Shown: positions 10,101 to 18,323 of the stretch, piece after piece
Position numbering within the stretch: the stretch's first letter is position 1
Layout: every line of letters begins with the position of its first letter
From: a virus
Taxonomy: Duplodnaviria; Caudoviricetes
Direction: 5' to 3' (one strand)
Length of the DNA: 29,418 nucleotides
Virus record (IMG/VR): IMGVR_UViG_3300005739_000008
Span: 1-29,418 of that record
Notes under the pieces: model-generated
The model's database searches: none
Told to the model about the DNA's origin: nothing
Seen by the model: only the letters and a program-made list of their open reading frames with translations
Translations under genes and position numbers: made by a program

Positions 10101-13100
10101 ATAAATGAGATCAGTCGCAGTCGCCGCGACCAACGGTTCGGCGATGACGACATGGAAAAATTCAGAAGGGGGTTACAGTTAGAGGCGCAATTCGACAAAG
10201 TGGCGGATGAAATAGAACTGTCTAAAAAGAAACGGCGCTACATACAAACACAGCCCGCCGTAGCAAGATACTTCAAGGGCAAAACTCCTCCACGCATACC
10301 GGAGTTTGTTTATTCTCCGCTCGACCAACTGGAATACGAAATTCCCAAACCTTCAGATTTCGACCCAGATCAAACTACGCGCCGCCGCCGCTCGCCTCGC
10401 CCTATTGAGTCGCTAGATACCTACAAGGAAATCACCGACTCCCTAAGTGATGCTCAACTAAGGCTGGCAAGGGGGCGGATGTCATCCGAGCGCCGGGAAA
10501 AATTTGAGGCTATCGTCGCCAAACGTCGTGACCAAATTGCCAAGGGCAATTTCTTTGAGGCGGCGCTTGGACGCATGACGCCATCGGAATTCGTAGCATA
10601 TCGAGCCAAACAAGACGGGGTGGCTGTCGATACCTTGTCGGCGGATACAAGAAAAGCATTAGAAGCCGAACACGCGTCGTTGCAACGACAGCACAACACG
10701 CAATCAGATGCGCCGTTGGGCGCCGTCTCAACCGATCCGCTAACTCCTCCGCTCGAGGCGCGGGGTGGCGGCGCGTCCGGCGGTCCGGCCCAGGTGCCGC
10801 CAGGGCAACCGATGGGTGCGGGCGCGGCGTCGTCGCCGGATTGGGTGCTCGGACCCGCGGAGACCCGCGACGGCCGGCGCTTGGTGAAAGGCATCGAGGG
10901 CTACAAGCCAGGACAGCGATGGGGTTTCCGCTCGATCGTGGACTACGTGAACAAGGCGGTGCGCATGGAGATGCGCCGCTCGAAGAGCCAGACGTCCGCG
11001 GTGCATCCGGCGCACTACAAGCCGGCGAATCACATGGCTTACACGCGGGAGACGCAGAGCCAGATCAATTTCCACGAGGCGGGACACGGCCTCGAGTATC
11101 TCATCCGGGCCCGCGTGCCGGCGTTCTTCGATACGTTTGCCGACGAGCTGATCGCCTTGACCAACCGGCCGGGCAGCATGGCGAGCGATCCGCCGGCCTC
11201 GGCCAGCGACAAGCAGAAGCGGCAATACCAAATCGGCGAGGGCGTGGCGGAGTGGACGCGGCTGCTGATGACGGAGCCGGCCGCGGTGGCGAACATGCGG
11301 GTGACGCCGGCGCTGAATGCCGTGGCCGAGCAATACTACCCGGGCATGGCCGCGGCGCTGCGGGACGGCGCCCGGGCGGTGCAACGATTCCAGAACCGGC
11401 CGGTGGCGGAGCGGTGGGCGATGTTCAACGCGGACCCGAGCGTGGCGCCGACGGCGAATGAGGTGATCGGTCGCATCATCCGTGGCGGGCAGGATGTCGC
11501 GGCCTTCCTGGCGAGCGGCGCTCCGGTAAGCCGCCTCGATCGGATGATTCCGCGGGCGATCATGGCCAACCGCGACCAGGTGGAGATGACCTACAAGCAA
11601 GCGCTGGCCAAGATGCGGGAGGTGCGGGCGACGACGACGGCGCCGCTGATGCAAGCGCACAATATGATCCTCTCGATCGGCGCGGAGGCCTCGAACGCGA
11701 TCGCCGGCACGAAGCCGGGCAAGGGTCTGCGGGTGATCGGACCGGACGGGAAGTTCAAGCAATTCACGCGGGAGTCCTGGCGCGATCTGCGACGGAAGAT
11801 CCCGAGCAAGCTGCTGCCGCTTTTCGACAGCGCGGCCTGGGCGCGGGAGTCTCTCACGCGTTGGGAAGCGGCGAAGATGGAGTATCCCGGCATGCGGGAG
11901 GGCATCTCGCCGGATGATCTGCGGGCGATCGTGGCCAATGCAACGCGGACGCTGCGCAACCGGGGCATCAATTTCGACGTGAGGTTTGCCGAGCAGTCGG
12001 CGTTCTTTGGGGAGATTCTCAACATCAAAGATTTCGGCGGGCTGAAGAAGCCGGGCGAGGTGGACCGCATGACGCAACGCGACACCTACTGGCCTCTGCC
12101 TCGAGTGATGCAGGAAGGCCGCGGCCGCGCCGGCAAGGCCCGCGGCGACATTATGAGCGGGGACTACCGGGCATTCGGCTCGGGCGAAGCGATCCGCCAG
12201 ACGGACGAGGTGGCGGAGGAGCGGGTGCGGGCGGCTTACGAGGCGTATTACTGGAACCGATTCCTCAACATGCTGGCGGACAAGATGGCCGTGGTGGCCA
12301 AGGATCAATCGCTGCCGATCGAGGCGCGTTCGATCGCCGGCGCTTCCATCGTGCGGCTGAACATGCCGATGAAGGTGGCGGCGACGGTGAGCAAGGAGGA
12401 AGTGATCCCCTGGGTGATCGAGGCGATCAAGGACCAGGTGGAGAAGGTGATGGGCATACGGCCGGAGCTCAAGCCGGAGGACATCAATCTCTCGTGGAAT
12501 TTTCGGGACGTGTGGCGGCCGACCGATCCGAAGGACCCGCTGGTGGTCTCGAGTCTGCGCGACGGGGAGCGGGTGTTCTACCAGCTCGGCGACCCGGCGA
12601 TGTTCGGGATGTTTGCCAATCCGCAAACGGCGTCGAAGTTCGGGAAGTTTCTGAATTGGGCGCTCGGACCGATGACGCAAAACTGGAAGCGTAACATCAC
12701 GCAAGGGCCGGTGTTTGCCATCCGCAACTTGTTCCGGGACACGCTCTCGCAAGCGATCCTCAACCCGGACCCGATCGCCTGGATTCCCGGGGGAACGCAT
12801 ATCCTGGGAACGATCAATAAATTCACGAATAAGTATCCGCAGGTGTTCCAAGAGGGACTGCTGCTCAGCCGCATCGAGCCGGGCAAGTCGGAGCTGGTGA
12901 ACAAGGTGCAGCACGGCGCCGTGTGGCAATGGCTCACCGAAGGCTGGTATGTCAGCCAATCGAAGGACCCGGTGGTGAAGTTGCTGGCGACGTATTTGCA
13001 ACCGAGCAACCTGCTTTTCCCGCTGTGGAAGGTGGGCGATGTGCTGAACCTCATCACCGGGGGGCGCACGCTGTCGCAATTCTTCGAGACGGCCGGACGC

Positions 13101-14348
13101 GAGGGCGCCGCGATCTCGGTGCTGCGCCGCGGCGGGACCGACGAGGAGGCGCTGATGAAGTATTGGACGGCGGCCGGGCAATTCAACGAGCACGCTGGCG
13201 TGGCCGACGCTAGGATCATGATGAACATACCGGGCTTCTTCAACCCGATGATCCAAGGCCTGCGCAACGCCGGGCAAAGGCTCAGCGATCCCGACCCGGC
13301 GGTGGCCGGCACGGCCTGGGCGCGCATGTTGATCATGATGCCGCTGCTCTTCGGCGCCGCGGCCGGCGCCAGGTATCTGCTGATGAGCAAGGAGGAGAAG
13401 GACCGCGAGCGCAACCGGCCGGTGGATGACCGGATGAATTTCATGGAGATCGGCGGATTCTCGGTGCCGTTCCCGTATGGCGCGGAGGGCGTGATGGGCT
13501 CGATGGTCTACAACTCGGTGATGGATGACCTGCTCGACCGGCCGCGGGTGGAAGCGGACAAGACGGTGTGGATGATGTTGAAACGCATCTTCGACCCGGG
13601 CAGTCCGTTGTCATTCTTCGGGCCGCAACTCTCGACGTTGGGCGAGGCGTCGTTCAACTGGTCGGTCTACCGGCAAAAGCATATCGTCTCGCCGTGGATG
13701 GCGGGGCTGCCGGCCAGCCAGCAATTCTACAGCACGACGCCGAAGTTTTACCAGGAGCTCGGCGAATGGTTCAACTACTCGCCGGCCAAGCTACAATACA
13801 TCATGCAGCAAGCAATCTCCCGGCAAGCAGACGAGACGATCCGCTACATGGAATCGCTCGATCGCGGGCGGCCGATCCAGGAGCCGGCGGACGTGCCGTT
13901 TGTGGGGCGCCTGTTTATCCGCGAGCCGCTCGGATTCTCGAGCCAACCGCTCCGGGATGCAGAAGTCGTCGAGACCAGGCTGCGCGATCTCGATATGCGA
14001 CTCCAGGCAAAGGGCTGGTATGGCCTGCGCGACGCCAATTATCCGCAAGACCAGCTCGGCACGACCGAAATGCGCAACCTTTACATGCAGCTACAATACC
14101 TCGAGGGGCTGCGGTTTGGGCTGAATCAAATGGACAATATGGCCGGCATGGCGAAAGCCTATGCGCTGGCTGAAAACTATGCGGAGGAACGCAACCAGCG
14201 CCGCGCTCTTACGGTCTATGCGCAAAGCCTGTTGCTCGGGAACAAGGACATGGTCGAGCGCATCGACATGGCAACCGAGCTGCTCAAGCAAATCCCGGAG
14301 CGCACGCCACAAGAGAAGGCCGCGGAATACCTAGAGCGGCGGTTCTGA
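7179..14348 (+). CDS. large polyvalent/ejection protein with HExxH zincin-like motif and LPD38-like C-terminus
   Basis: 2389 aa, last gene of the structural operon; Gly/Ala hydrophobic segments; FHEAGHGL at about 11070; C-terminal NW...KHIVSPW, YSPAKLQY, DVPFVGR resemble LPD38. Confidence 0.75.
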   Translation: MSAVAKRFRTDEEALAFLDGQDDYLQEQDRLIAQGADPLALSPEDRAIADRPIEPLPELMLDPLAANDRIMPGLYSPEEEALIAAERNAPYQEPALPSDLEENLPPVQTQVARPVEATFRTDDDAAAFLDAPAEALAPEDKAATAPVKFETDKAAADFLETLPAAPGPAGSSQLAYDTTVRPENVEGPIPFGEKDRPYRTRSDGTLEFDPRRMRDGVTQALKDQVITGEQFAKLQPSIEAAQKVIENEAKLRARAKDNGALASALQGFGRGGAMTLGAIGGSKAGAAAGLLTGPYAPVASPVLGLVGGVAGAVTMGMNYDLVYKELAKHYEEYDAVLAAAELNPGWNTAGELVSVAVGVPQAVRGAATALATTRAAEGAAGVARQVGTAAGLGAGSGVAGYSLDRTVRGEPITPGGLATAAAAGAAFAPFMITPGAAGTQEMANITAKVRAGQPISPMERRIYEAAAPAMRAAFAEMDAAGGRYTGGRYDASGKWMPGMEVTVPTSSVLGLAPAAGKATVRLPYEVPARLGAPAVAKAQGFAARPTLAAGAEGAGTTAPVRAPRPTEAPVNVLPPGPTIVTPTQAMLGVEEFLARQVGVRGIQTKGNFEAILELMDEHKQIVTDAIGRNEPVSIDALDSYEIRVPYYDRDEETGLATYSEEGFKAYEAYLKGQDAEGAENVRTGGIDIFEAIRDSGGLPSGKSDKVKQWAGELKRIREAQNPGNALGVKGTLNLFRKDAPDLDGLIKNLQGYGFQVTTPAELFDLIDQRFKTGKPIYAYGAEEPLEMRGRRRPPAPGAPRQGELLGESDVEFSLVGQTDRTSLTPQELQQRAIEAERKAAADKLQDDLFGAPPVASQPPVPQADLAAPSASPSSSVDPRNFAPNDVLEVTLKDGTVFQGSLRDAQGNLYIEESGRPRIIFLDPAQAASVQSMKVITPAADVMAARARKNFGEIAYTQPRTRDEYEATLYDLARQINEISRSRRDQRFGDDDMEKFRRGLQLEAQFDKVADEIELSKKKRRYIQTQPAVARYFKGKTPPRIPEFVYSPLDQLEYEIPKPSDFDPDQTTRRRRSPRPIESLDTYKEITDSLSDAQLRLARGRMSSERREKFEAIVAKRRDQIAKGNFFEAALGRMTPSEFVAYRAKQDGVAVDTLSADTRKALEAEHASLQRQHNTQSDAPLGAVSTDPLTPPLEARGGGASGGPAQVPPGQPMGAGAASSPDWVLGPAETRDGRRLVKGIEGYKPGQRWGFRSIVDYVNKAVRMEMRRSKSQTSAVHPAHYKPANHMAYTRETQSQINFHEAGHGLEYLIRARVPAFFDTFADELIALTNRPGSMASDPPASASDKQKRQYQIGEGVAEWTRLLMTEPAAVANMRVTPALNAVAEQYYPGMAAALRDGARAVQRFQNRPVAERWAMFNADPSVAPTANEVIGRIIRGGQDVAAFLASGAPVSRLDRMIPRAIMANRDQVEMTYKQALAKMREVRATTTAPLMQAHNMILSIGAEASNAIAGTKPGKGLRVIGPDGKFKQFTRESWRDLRRKIPSKLLPLFDSAAWARESLTRWEAAKMEYPGMREGISPDDLRAIVANATRTLRNRGINFDVRFAEQSAFFGEILNIKDFGGLKKPGEVDRMTQRDTYWPLPRVMQEGRGRAGKARGDIMSGDYRAFGSGEAIRQTDEVAEERVRAAYEAYYWNRFLNMLADKMAVVAKDQSLPIEARSIAGASIVRLNMPMKVAATVSKEEVIPWVIEAIKDQVEKVMGIRPELKPEDINLSWNFRDVWRPTDPKDPLVVSSLRDGERVFYQLGDPAMFGMFANPQTASKFGKFLNWALGPMTQNWKRNITQGPVFAIRNLFRDTLSQAILNPDPIAWIPGGTHILGTINKFTNKYPQVFQEGLLLSRIEPGKSELVNKVQHGAVWQWLTEGWYVSQSKDPVVKLLATYLQPSNLLFPLWKVGDVLNLITGGRTLSQFFETAGREGAAISVLRRGGTDEEALMKYWTAAGQFNEHAGVADARIMMNIPGFFNPMIQGLRNAGQRLSDPDPAVAGTAWARMLIMMPLLFGAAAGARYLLMSKEEKDRERNRPVDDRMNFMEIGGFSVPFPYGAEGVMGSMVYNSVMDDLLDRPRVEADKTVWMMLKRIFDPGSPLSFFGPQLSTLGEASFNWSVYRQKHIVSPWMAGLPASQQFYSTTPKFYQELGEWFNYSPAKLQYIMQQAISRQADETIRYMESLDRGRPIQEPADVPFVGRLFIREPLGFSSQPLRDAEVVETRLRDLDMRLQAKGWYGLRDANYPQDQLGTTEMRNLYMQLQYLEGLRFGLNQMDNMAGMAKAYALAENYAEERNQRRALTVYAQSLLLGNKDMVERIDMATELLKQIPERTPQEKAAEYLERRF

Positions 14349-14379
14349 TTGGTCCGATAATCGGCCCCACGGGCCAATC
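14347..14379 (+). terminator. hairpin at end of structural operon
   Basis: GATTGGTCC...GGGCCAATC stem (one G-U pair) starting at the stop codon; no U-tract. Confidence 0.35.
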
Positions 14380-14399
14380 CTACAGAGAAAACCCACGTT

Positions 14400-14438
14400 T
14401 CCGTAGTCAGATGCTCTATCCAATTGAGCTATGGCTGC
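14400..14438 (-). other. attP core: 5' half of tRNA-Arg(ACG)
   Basis: Minus strand GCAGCCA-TA-GCTC-AATTGGATA-GAGC-A-TCTGA-CTACGGA: acceptor 5' strand, D-arm and anticodon loop, ending exactly at the loop end; adjacent to the integrase. Confidence 0.85.
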
Positions 14439-14512
14439 TTTGAAAGTGTTGTCGGACGGATTTGCCGGTGTCGGCTTCTGATGGGACGTCTGATCTTTGT
14501 GGGGAAATATTC

Positions 14513-14541
14513 TTGCAAGATGTGACTAGATGCGCCATGGT
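14513..14541 (+). promoter_or_regulatory. putative integrase promoter (leaderless transcript)
   Basis: TTGCAA-17 nt-CATGGT; the in-frame ATG at 14548 lies 7 nt past the -10 end. Confidence 0.45.
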
Positions 14542-14547
14542 GTGCCT

Positions 14548-15696
14548 ATGGAATTGGCACGAGTATTGGTCCCACCTAGTCAACGCAAACGCAAACGTCG
14601 CAAGCATGAGGTTTCCGTCTACAAGGAACCGGGCAGCGAGATTTATTATTTCCGGGATACTATTCACGGCAAGCGGGTGAAGCGTTCGACCGACCAAACT
14701 ACGCTGCAAGCGGCGCTGCGACAAGCAAAGATCATCCGCGATGAGCTGCTGAAAGACGGCGTCGGCCGCTCGACGATGCTGCGCCCGGGGTTTGCGACTG
14801 TCGGCGATGTGGGCCGGGTGTGGCTGGAGATGTCGGAGATCAAGACGAAGAAGAATAATTTCTCGGCGCTGCGGAAGTTTGTGCGGTCGTTTGTCTCGGG
14901 CGACGCGGATGCGGTGTCGATGTCTCGCGTGGGCGCCGGCGAGTTCGAGAAGTATCTGCGGCAGTGGCCGGGGTCGCACGAGGGGCGGAAGTCGACGGCG
15001 CGGCAGATCCGGGCGATGTTTGGCAAGAAGCCGCTGCGCTGGTATCGGCACGCGGGCCTGGTGCTGCCGGACATGACGGAGTTCCTCGAGGTGATGGCGG
15101 AGAATACGAAGGGGGAGACGCGGCAGAGGTTCGAGGGGATCGCGCCGTCGGTGCTGGCGCGGATGGAGGATGCGGCGGAGCGGCTGCGGACGTCGGCGGA
15201 TCTGGAGGAGCGCAAGCTCTGGGCGGCCTGGGCGCTGATGCGTTGGTGCGGGCTGCGCAATGTGGAGGTGGCGGCGGTGCGGTGGAGTTGGATTCGCCGC
15301 GGGCTGATCGGGTGGGAGATCCGGGTGATTGATTACACGTATCCCGATGGCACGACGTTCAAGCCGAAGAAGTCGGCGGGCGTGGTGCCGCTGCGCACGG
15401 TGCTGCTCAAGCAGCTGATCAAGGCGATCGGGCGCGACTCGGAGTTTGTCATACCGCGGGCGAATGCGACCGAAGCGGACAAGCTGGCGAGTCGGCGGAT
15501 CAATGATTTCATGCGGCCGTTCTTCCCGGAGGCGGCGATGAAGGACAAGAAGGCGTATCTGCTGCGCAAGCAAGCGGGCTCGGAGGTGGCGCAACGCGAC
15601 GGGCTGGTGGCGATGGCGAAATTTCTACGGCAGAAGGGAATCAAAACAGCATGGGACAATTATCACGCTCAGTTGCAACCGCTGCGGCCGCTGTAG
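14548..15696 (+). CDS. int: tyrosine recombinase / integrase
   Basis: N-terminal arm-binding-like domain (YYFRDTIHGKRVKRST), CGLRNVEV (R), KPKK (K), YLLR, terminal DNY; next to the tRNA fragment. Alternative start at 14530. Confidence 0.85.
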   Translation: MELARVLVPPSQRKRKRRKHEVSVYKEPGSEIYYFRDTIHGKRVKRSTDQTTLQAALRQAKIIRDELLKDGVGRSTMLRPGFATVGDVGRVWLEMSEIKTKKNNFSALRKFVRSFVSGDADAVSMSRVGAGEFEKYLRQWPGSHEGRKSTARQIRAMFGKKPLRWYRHAGLVLPDMTEFLEVMAENTKGETRQRFEGIAPSVLARMEDAAERLRTSADLEERKLWAAWALMRWCGLRNVEVAAVRWSWIRRGLIGWEIRVIDYTYPDGTTFKPKKSAGVVPLRTVLLKQLIKAIGRDSEFVIPRANATEADKLASRRINDFMRPFFPEAAMKDKKAYLLRKQAGSEVAQRDGLVAMAKFLRQKGIKTAWDNYHAQLQPLRPL

Positions 15697-16016
15697 TCCT
15701 GGCGAGCTGTGCGACGCGGCCGGAGCCGCCGCCGCCGGAGCCGGAGCGGCATTACCGGTTTGCGGACATTCAAAGCATTCCGGCGAACGCATGGATCGAA
15801 CAGAATGGGGACGCGGTGGGGATTGCTCCGATGCGGATATGGGTGGAGACGCACGAGAGTGGCGTGCCGAAGCGGCCGGTGATCCTGCGGGCGCACGACC
15901 GTTTCACCGGCGCCTGGGAGCAGAAGGTGATCGCTACGATGCCGATGCCGGCGCGGATCTTGTTCGACCTGCGGCCGTGGCTACCGGCGGATTATGCGAC
16001 GACTTACATTCGGTGA
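15651..16016 (+). CDS. lipoprotein
   Basis: Signal peptide with LASC lipobox and Pro-rich linker; overlaps the int 3' end by 46 nt. Confidence 0.65.
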   Translation: MGQLSRSVATAAAAVVLASCATRPEPPPPEPERHYRFADIQSIPANAWIEQNGDAVGIAPMRIWVETHESGVPKRPVILRAHDRFTGAWEQKVIATMPMPARILFDLRPWLPADYATTYIR

Positions 16017-16042
16017 TTTGAAATTGCAGATTGGAAATTTGA
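16015..16042. repeat. degenerate heptamer tandem repeat
   Basis: GATTTGA AATTGCA GATTGGA AATTTGA. Confidence 0.55.
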
Positions 16043-16059
16043 GACGGTAGAGTGCGAGC

Positions 16060-16371
16060 ATGAAAGCGCGGTATCTTGTATTGTTGGCGATGATTGCGTG
16101 TCATGTTGCGTCAGCTGATACGACGCTGTTGATCGAGGCGGCGCCGGCGGTCGATGGGCCCTGGCGGGTGGTGCCGATCGGACCGGAGGCGCTCGATCTC
16201 GAGGGCGGAATCGTGTGGCAGGGCGTGCCGGCGGAGCTGAAGTTTGTGCGGGTGCGGGTGATCCGGCCGGCGGTGAAGGCGGCGCACGTGGAGCCGGAGG
16301 AGGAGCTGGTGGAGCCGGCGGTGGTGTGCGCATGCGATGCGTGCACGGGCGTCGAGGAGGAAAGCGAATGA
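16060..16371 (+). CDS. secreted hypothetical protein
   Basis: Signal peptide MKARYLVLLAMIACHVASA; acidic C-terminus with CxCxxC. Confidence 0.6.
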   Translation: MKARYLVLLAMIACHVASADTTLLIEAAPAVDGPWRVVPIGPEALDLEGGIVWQGVPAELKFVRVRVIRPAVKAAHVEPEEELVEPAVVCACDACTGVEEESE

Positions 16372-16637
16372 AGGCGCTGTCGTGGGTGCTGTTGGCCGTG
16401 GGCTGCTACGGGCTGCTGTTTGTCGTCCTGGGAAGCGGTTTGCTCGCGGCGATTTTCAGCGGGCCGGATTGGTGGGCGGCGTATGATTACCGCGGGCTGG
16501 CCGGATGGTATGGCGGACTGTGGGATTGGCTGCGCTCGAACGCGGCGGCCGCGGGGATGGCGGCGGTGTTCCTGGTGATGGCGCTGGCCGGCGCCTGGCT
16601 GCAACTGCGGGAGGAAAATCCCGGGCAGGGGAATTAA
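16368..16637 (+). CDS. membrane protein
   Basis: ATGA overlap; MKALSWVLLAVGCYGLLFVVLGSGLL..., two or more TM segments. Confidence 0.6.
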   Translation: MKALSWVLLAVGCYGLLFVVLGSGLLAAIFSGPDWWAAYDYRGLAGWYGGLWDWLRSNAAAAGMAAVFLVMALAGAWLQLREENPGQGN

Positions 16638-16840
16638 AGGGCGGCGGGCTTGGCCGGTTTTCGTGCTTCTGCTTTCCTGCGGCCTGGGCGCGGGAAGGTG
16701 GCGGCGCGGCGAGCGGCCGCGGATCTGGCCGGGCTCGGGCGCTTGGCCAGGAGTGACGCGGCGTTTATGTGGCCGCCGCAGTGCGGGCAAACATCCGGGC
16801 CGGTGGCTTTGCTAGGGGTGGCGCTTGTCTTGGTTTTCAT
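16634..16840 (-). CDS. small basic protein with CPHCG motif
   Basis: MKTKTS...CPHCGGHINAASLL...SPARSAAARR; last gene of the leftward operon. Confidence 0.6.
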   Translation of the reverse strand: MKTKTSATPSKATGPDVCPHCGGHINAASLLAKRPSPARSAAARRAATFPRPGRRKAEARKPAKPAAL

Positions 16841-17003
16841 GCGTCTGCTTTCCTGCGGTCCGGGCAAAGGTGGTGATGTCTTTGGTGGCGCGGAGAATGG
16901 TCTTGAGCTCGCGGAGAATCATGACGACCAGGCCGGGCGGATGGCGCTCGAGGAGATCGGCGACGACGTCGCGGGCGATTTGTTTTGCTTGTTGGTGGCT
17001 CAT
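16812..17003 (-). CDS. hypothetical protein
   Basis: MSHQQAKQIARDVVADLLER...; ATG directly follows an intergenic hairpin. Confidence 0.5.
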   Translation of the reverse strand: MSHQQAKQIARDVVADLLERHPPGLVVMILRELKTILRATKDITTFARTAGKQTHENQDKRHP

Positions 17004-17007
17004 AGCT

Positions 17008-17059
17008 TGGCGGCCGCGGCCGGCGCCGGTGATGATCCGGCGCCGGAGTGTGGCAGTCA
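17008..17059 (-). promoter_or_regulatory. stop-codon-anchored hairpin (module copy without the leader)
   Basis: TGACTGCCAC-ACT-CCGGCGCCGG-ATCATCA-CCGGCGCCGG-CC-GCGGCCGCCA; same architecture as the 18.0-kb and 19.0-kb hairpins. Confidence 0.6.
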
Positions 17060-17377
17060 GCGAGCGGCTTTGCGCTTGCGGGGTTTGCTTTCTTTCTGTT
17101 CGTGCATGTAGCGCAACGCGTCCAGGGCGGCTTGTGCGTCGGTCATGCCGCTTCCGGCGTAGGCTTTGCGCAGCTTGGCGCGGTTTTTGGCGATCATCTT
17201 GTTGAGCTGGCGGCACGGAGTTTCCCAGCCGGCGGCGTCGGCCAGTGCGTCGATGCTGGCAAGGGTGAATCCGCGCAGCCCGTAGTTCTGGCCGGTGTGC
17301 TGGCGGAGAATGTTCTCGATATCGTCGAGAATGCGCTCGGCCAGCTTGGTCGGGATAGTGACGGTTTTGGGTTTCAT
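17057..17377 (-). CDS. hypothetical protein
   Basis: 106-aa ORF with an A/C-rich leader, packed in the operon. Confidence 0.7.
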   Translation of the reverse strand: MKPKTVTIPTKLAERILDDIENILRQHTGQNYGLRGFTLASIDALADAAGWETPCRQLNKMIAKNRAKLRKAYAGSGMTDAQAALDALRYMHEQKESKPRKRKAAR

Positions 17378-17391
17378 GATTTGGCTTCTGG

Positions 17392-17892
17392 TTAGTTGTC
17401 ACCGCCGAACATTTGCTTCGCTGACATAACGCGGTGCGCCTCGGCGAACTCTTCTGCCTCGGCCTTGCAATGTTCTATTTGCTCGGGTGAAAGGCCCTCC
17501 GAAATACCGGAAGCCACTTCGGCGACCTCTTGCAATTTGCTTTCGCTGGGAGCGGTCAGAACCAGGAAGAGCCCAAGTGTCAGCGCGGCCATCCTTGCCT
17601 TATCGTCGCCGCCATCAACTAAGAAGGCTTCCACAAATGCAAGGCGTGCCGCTTTGCTGATTTGCGGGGCGCCATCGCTTTTGCGGCGGCGCTTGTGGTG
17701 CTCTGGTATGCCGTCCCAAAATGCTTTGTTGTCGGATGCTTTGCGGCAGAACTTTCGGAAGCTGGTTCCGATCTGCGGTTGCAATTTGAGGCTGGCCCAC
17801 TGAACCAGCATTGCCCGCTGCTCCGGTGACTTGTTCCACTTGCCCGTGCAAAGCATCGGCGCTTTGTTTCGGTTGTTGTTTTGTTTGCTCAT
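17392..17892 (-). CDS. hypothetical protein (compositionally atypical)
   Basis: MSKQNNNRNKAP...; ATG 8 nt after the conserved leader; visibly more AT-rich. Confidence 0.65.
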   Translation of the reverse strand: MSKQNNNRNKAPMLCTGKWNKSPEQRAMLVQWASLKLQPQIGTSFRKFCRKASDNKAFWDGIPEHHKRRRKSDGAPQISKAARLAFVEAFLVDGGDDKARMAALTLGLFLVLTAPSESKLQEVAEVASGISEGLSPEQIEHCKAEAEEFAEAHRVMSAKQMFGGDN

Positions 17893-17900
17893 TTGCTGTT

Positions 17901-18005
17901 TGCCCGTTTGGTCGGTTGGCTCTTCCGGGTTGGTGTTTGTTTGGTCGGTCCATAATGGGCCGTCCGTGGCGCCCCGGGCAAGCCCGGGACGCTGTCGGGC
18001 GGTCA
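17901..18005 (-). repeat. intergenic hairpin + leader module, copy 1
   Basis: Shares an identical 31-mer (17901-17931) and 17-mer (17958-17974) with copy 2. Confidence 0.9.
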
Positions 18006-18323
18006 ATGCGGGACGGTCTCGAAGTCGGCGAACATGGCGACAGTCAAGCGCGCCTGACGCTCGAGCTCGGCGGACCAGCCGGCGCCGTAGCCGTCGAGAT
18101 AGGTCTCGCCGTGCATGTGGTGCGGCTCGGGGCAGAGCTCCCACAAACCGGGGCTGCCGTCGGCCAGGTCGGCCAGGCATTGCCGGGCGGTCTCAAGGCC
18201 TTCGGCGCCTTCGAATAATTCCGCGGCCGTCTTGGCGCCGGCGGCGCGGCCGTCGCGCTCGCCGAGCTCGAGCTCGGCGCGGATGTCGTCGAGCTCGTCC
18301 AGGATGTCGGTTGCCGCGGTCAT
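18003..18323 (-). CDS. acidic hypothetical protein
   Basis: MTAATDILDELDDIRAELELG...; overlaps the upstream gene by 4 nt. Confidence 0.65.
   Translation of the reverse strand: MTAATDILDELDDIRAELELGERDGRAAGAKTAAELFEGAEGLETARQCLADLADGSPGLWELCPEPHHMHGETYLDGYGAGWSAELERQARLTVAMFADFETVPH

Noticed and set aside
7662-13277. Long minus-strand ORFs (606 aa and 845 aa)
   Set aside because: Antisense shadows of a GC-rich gene; R/H/P-rich with no recognisable motifs
14300-14438. Intact tRNA-Arg interrupted by an intron (TCAGA on the minus strand at 14344-14348 could complete the anticodon stem)
   Set aside because: No GTTCGA T-arm or TGGCTGC acceptor strand follows; the TCAGA is simply the complement of the big gene's stop region
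14416-15594. 392-aa minus-strand ORF
   Set aside because: Shadow of the integrase
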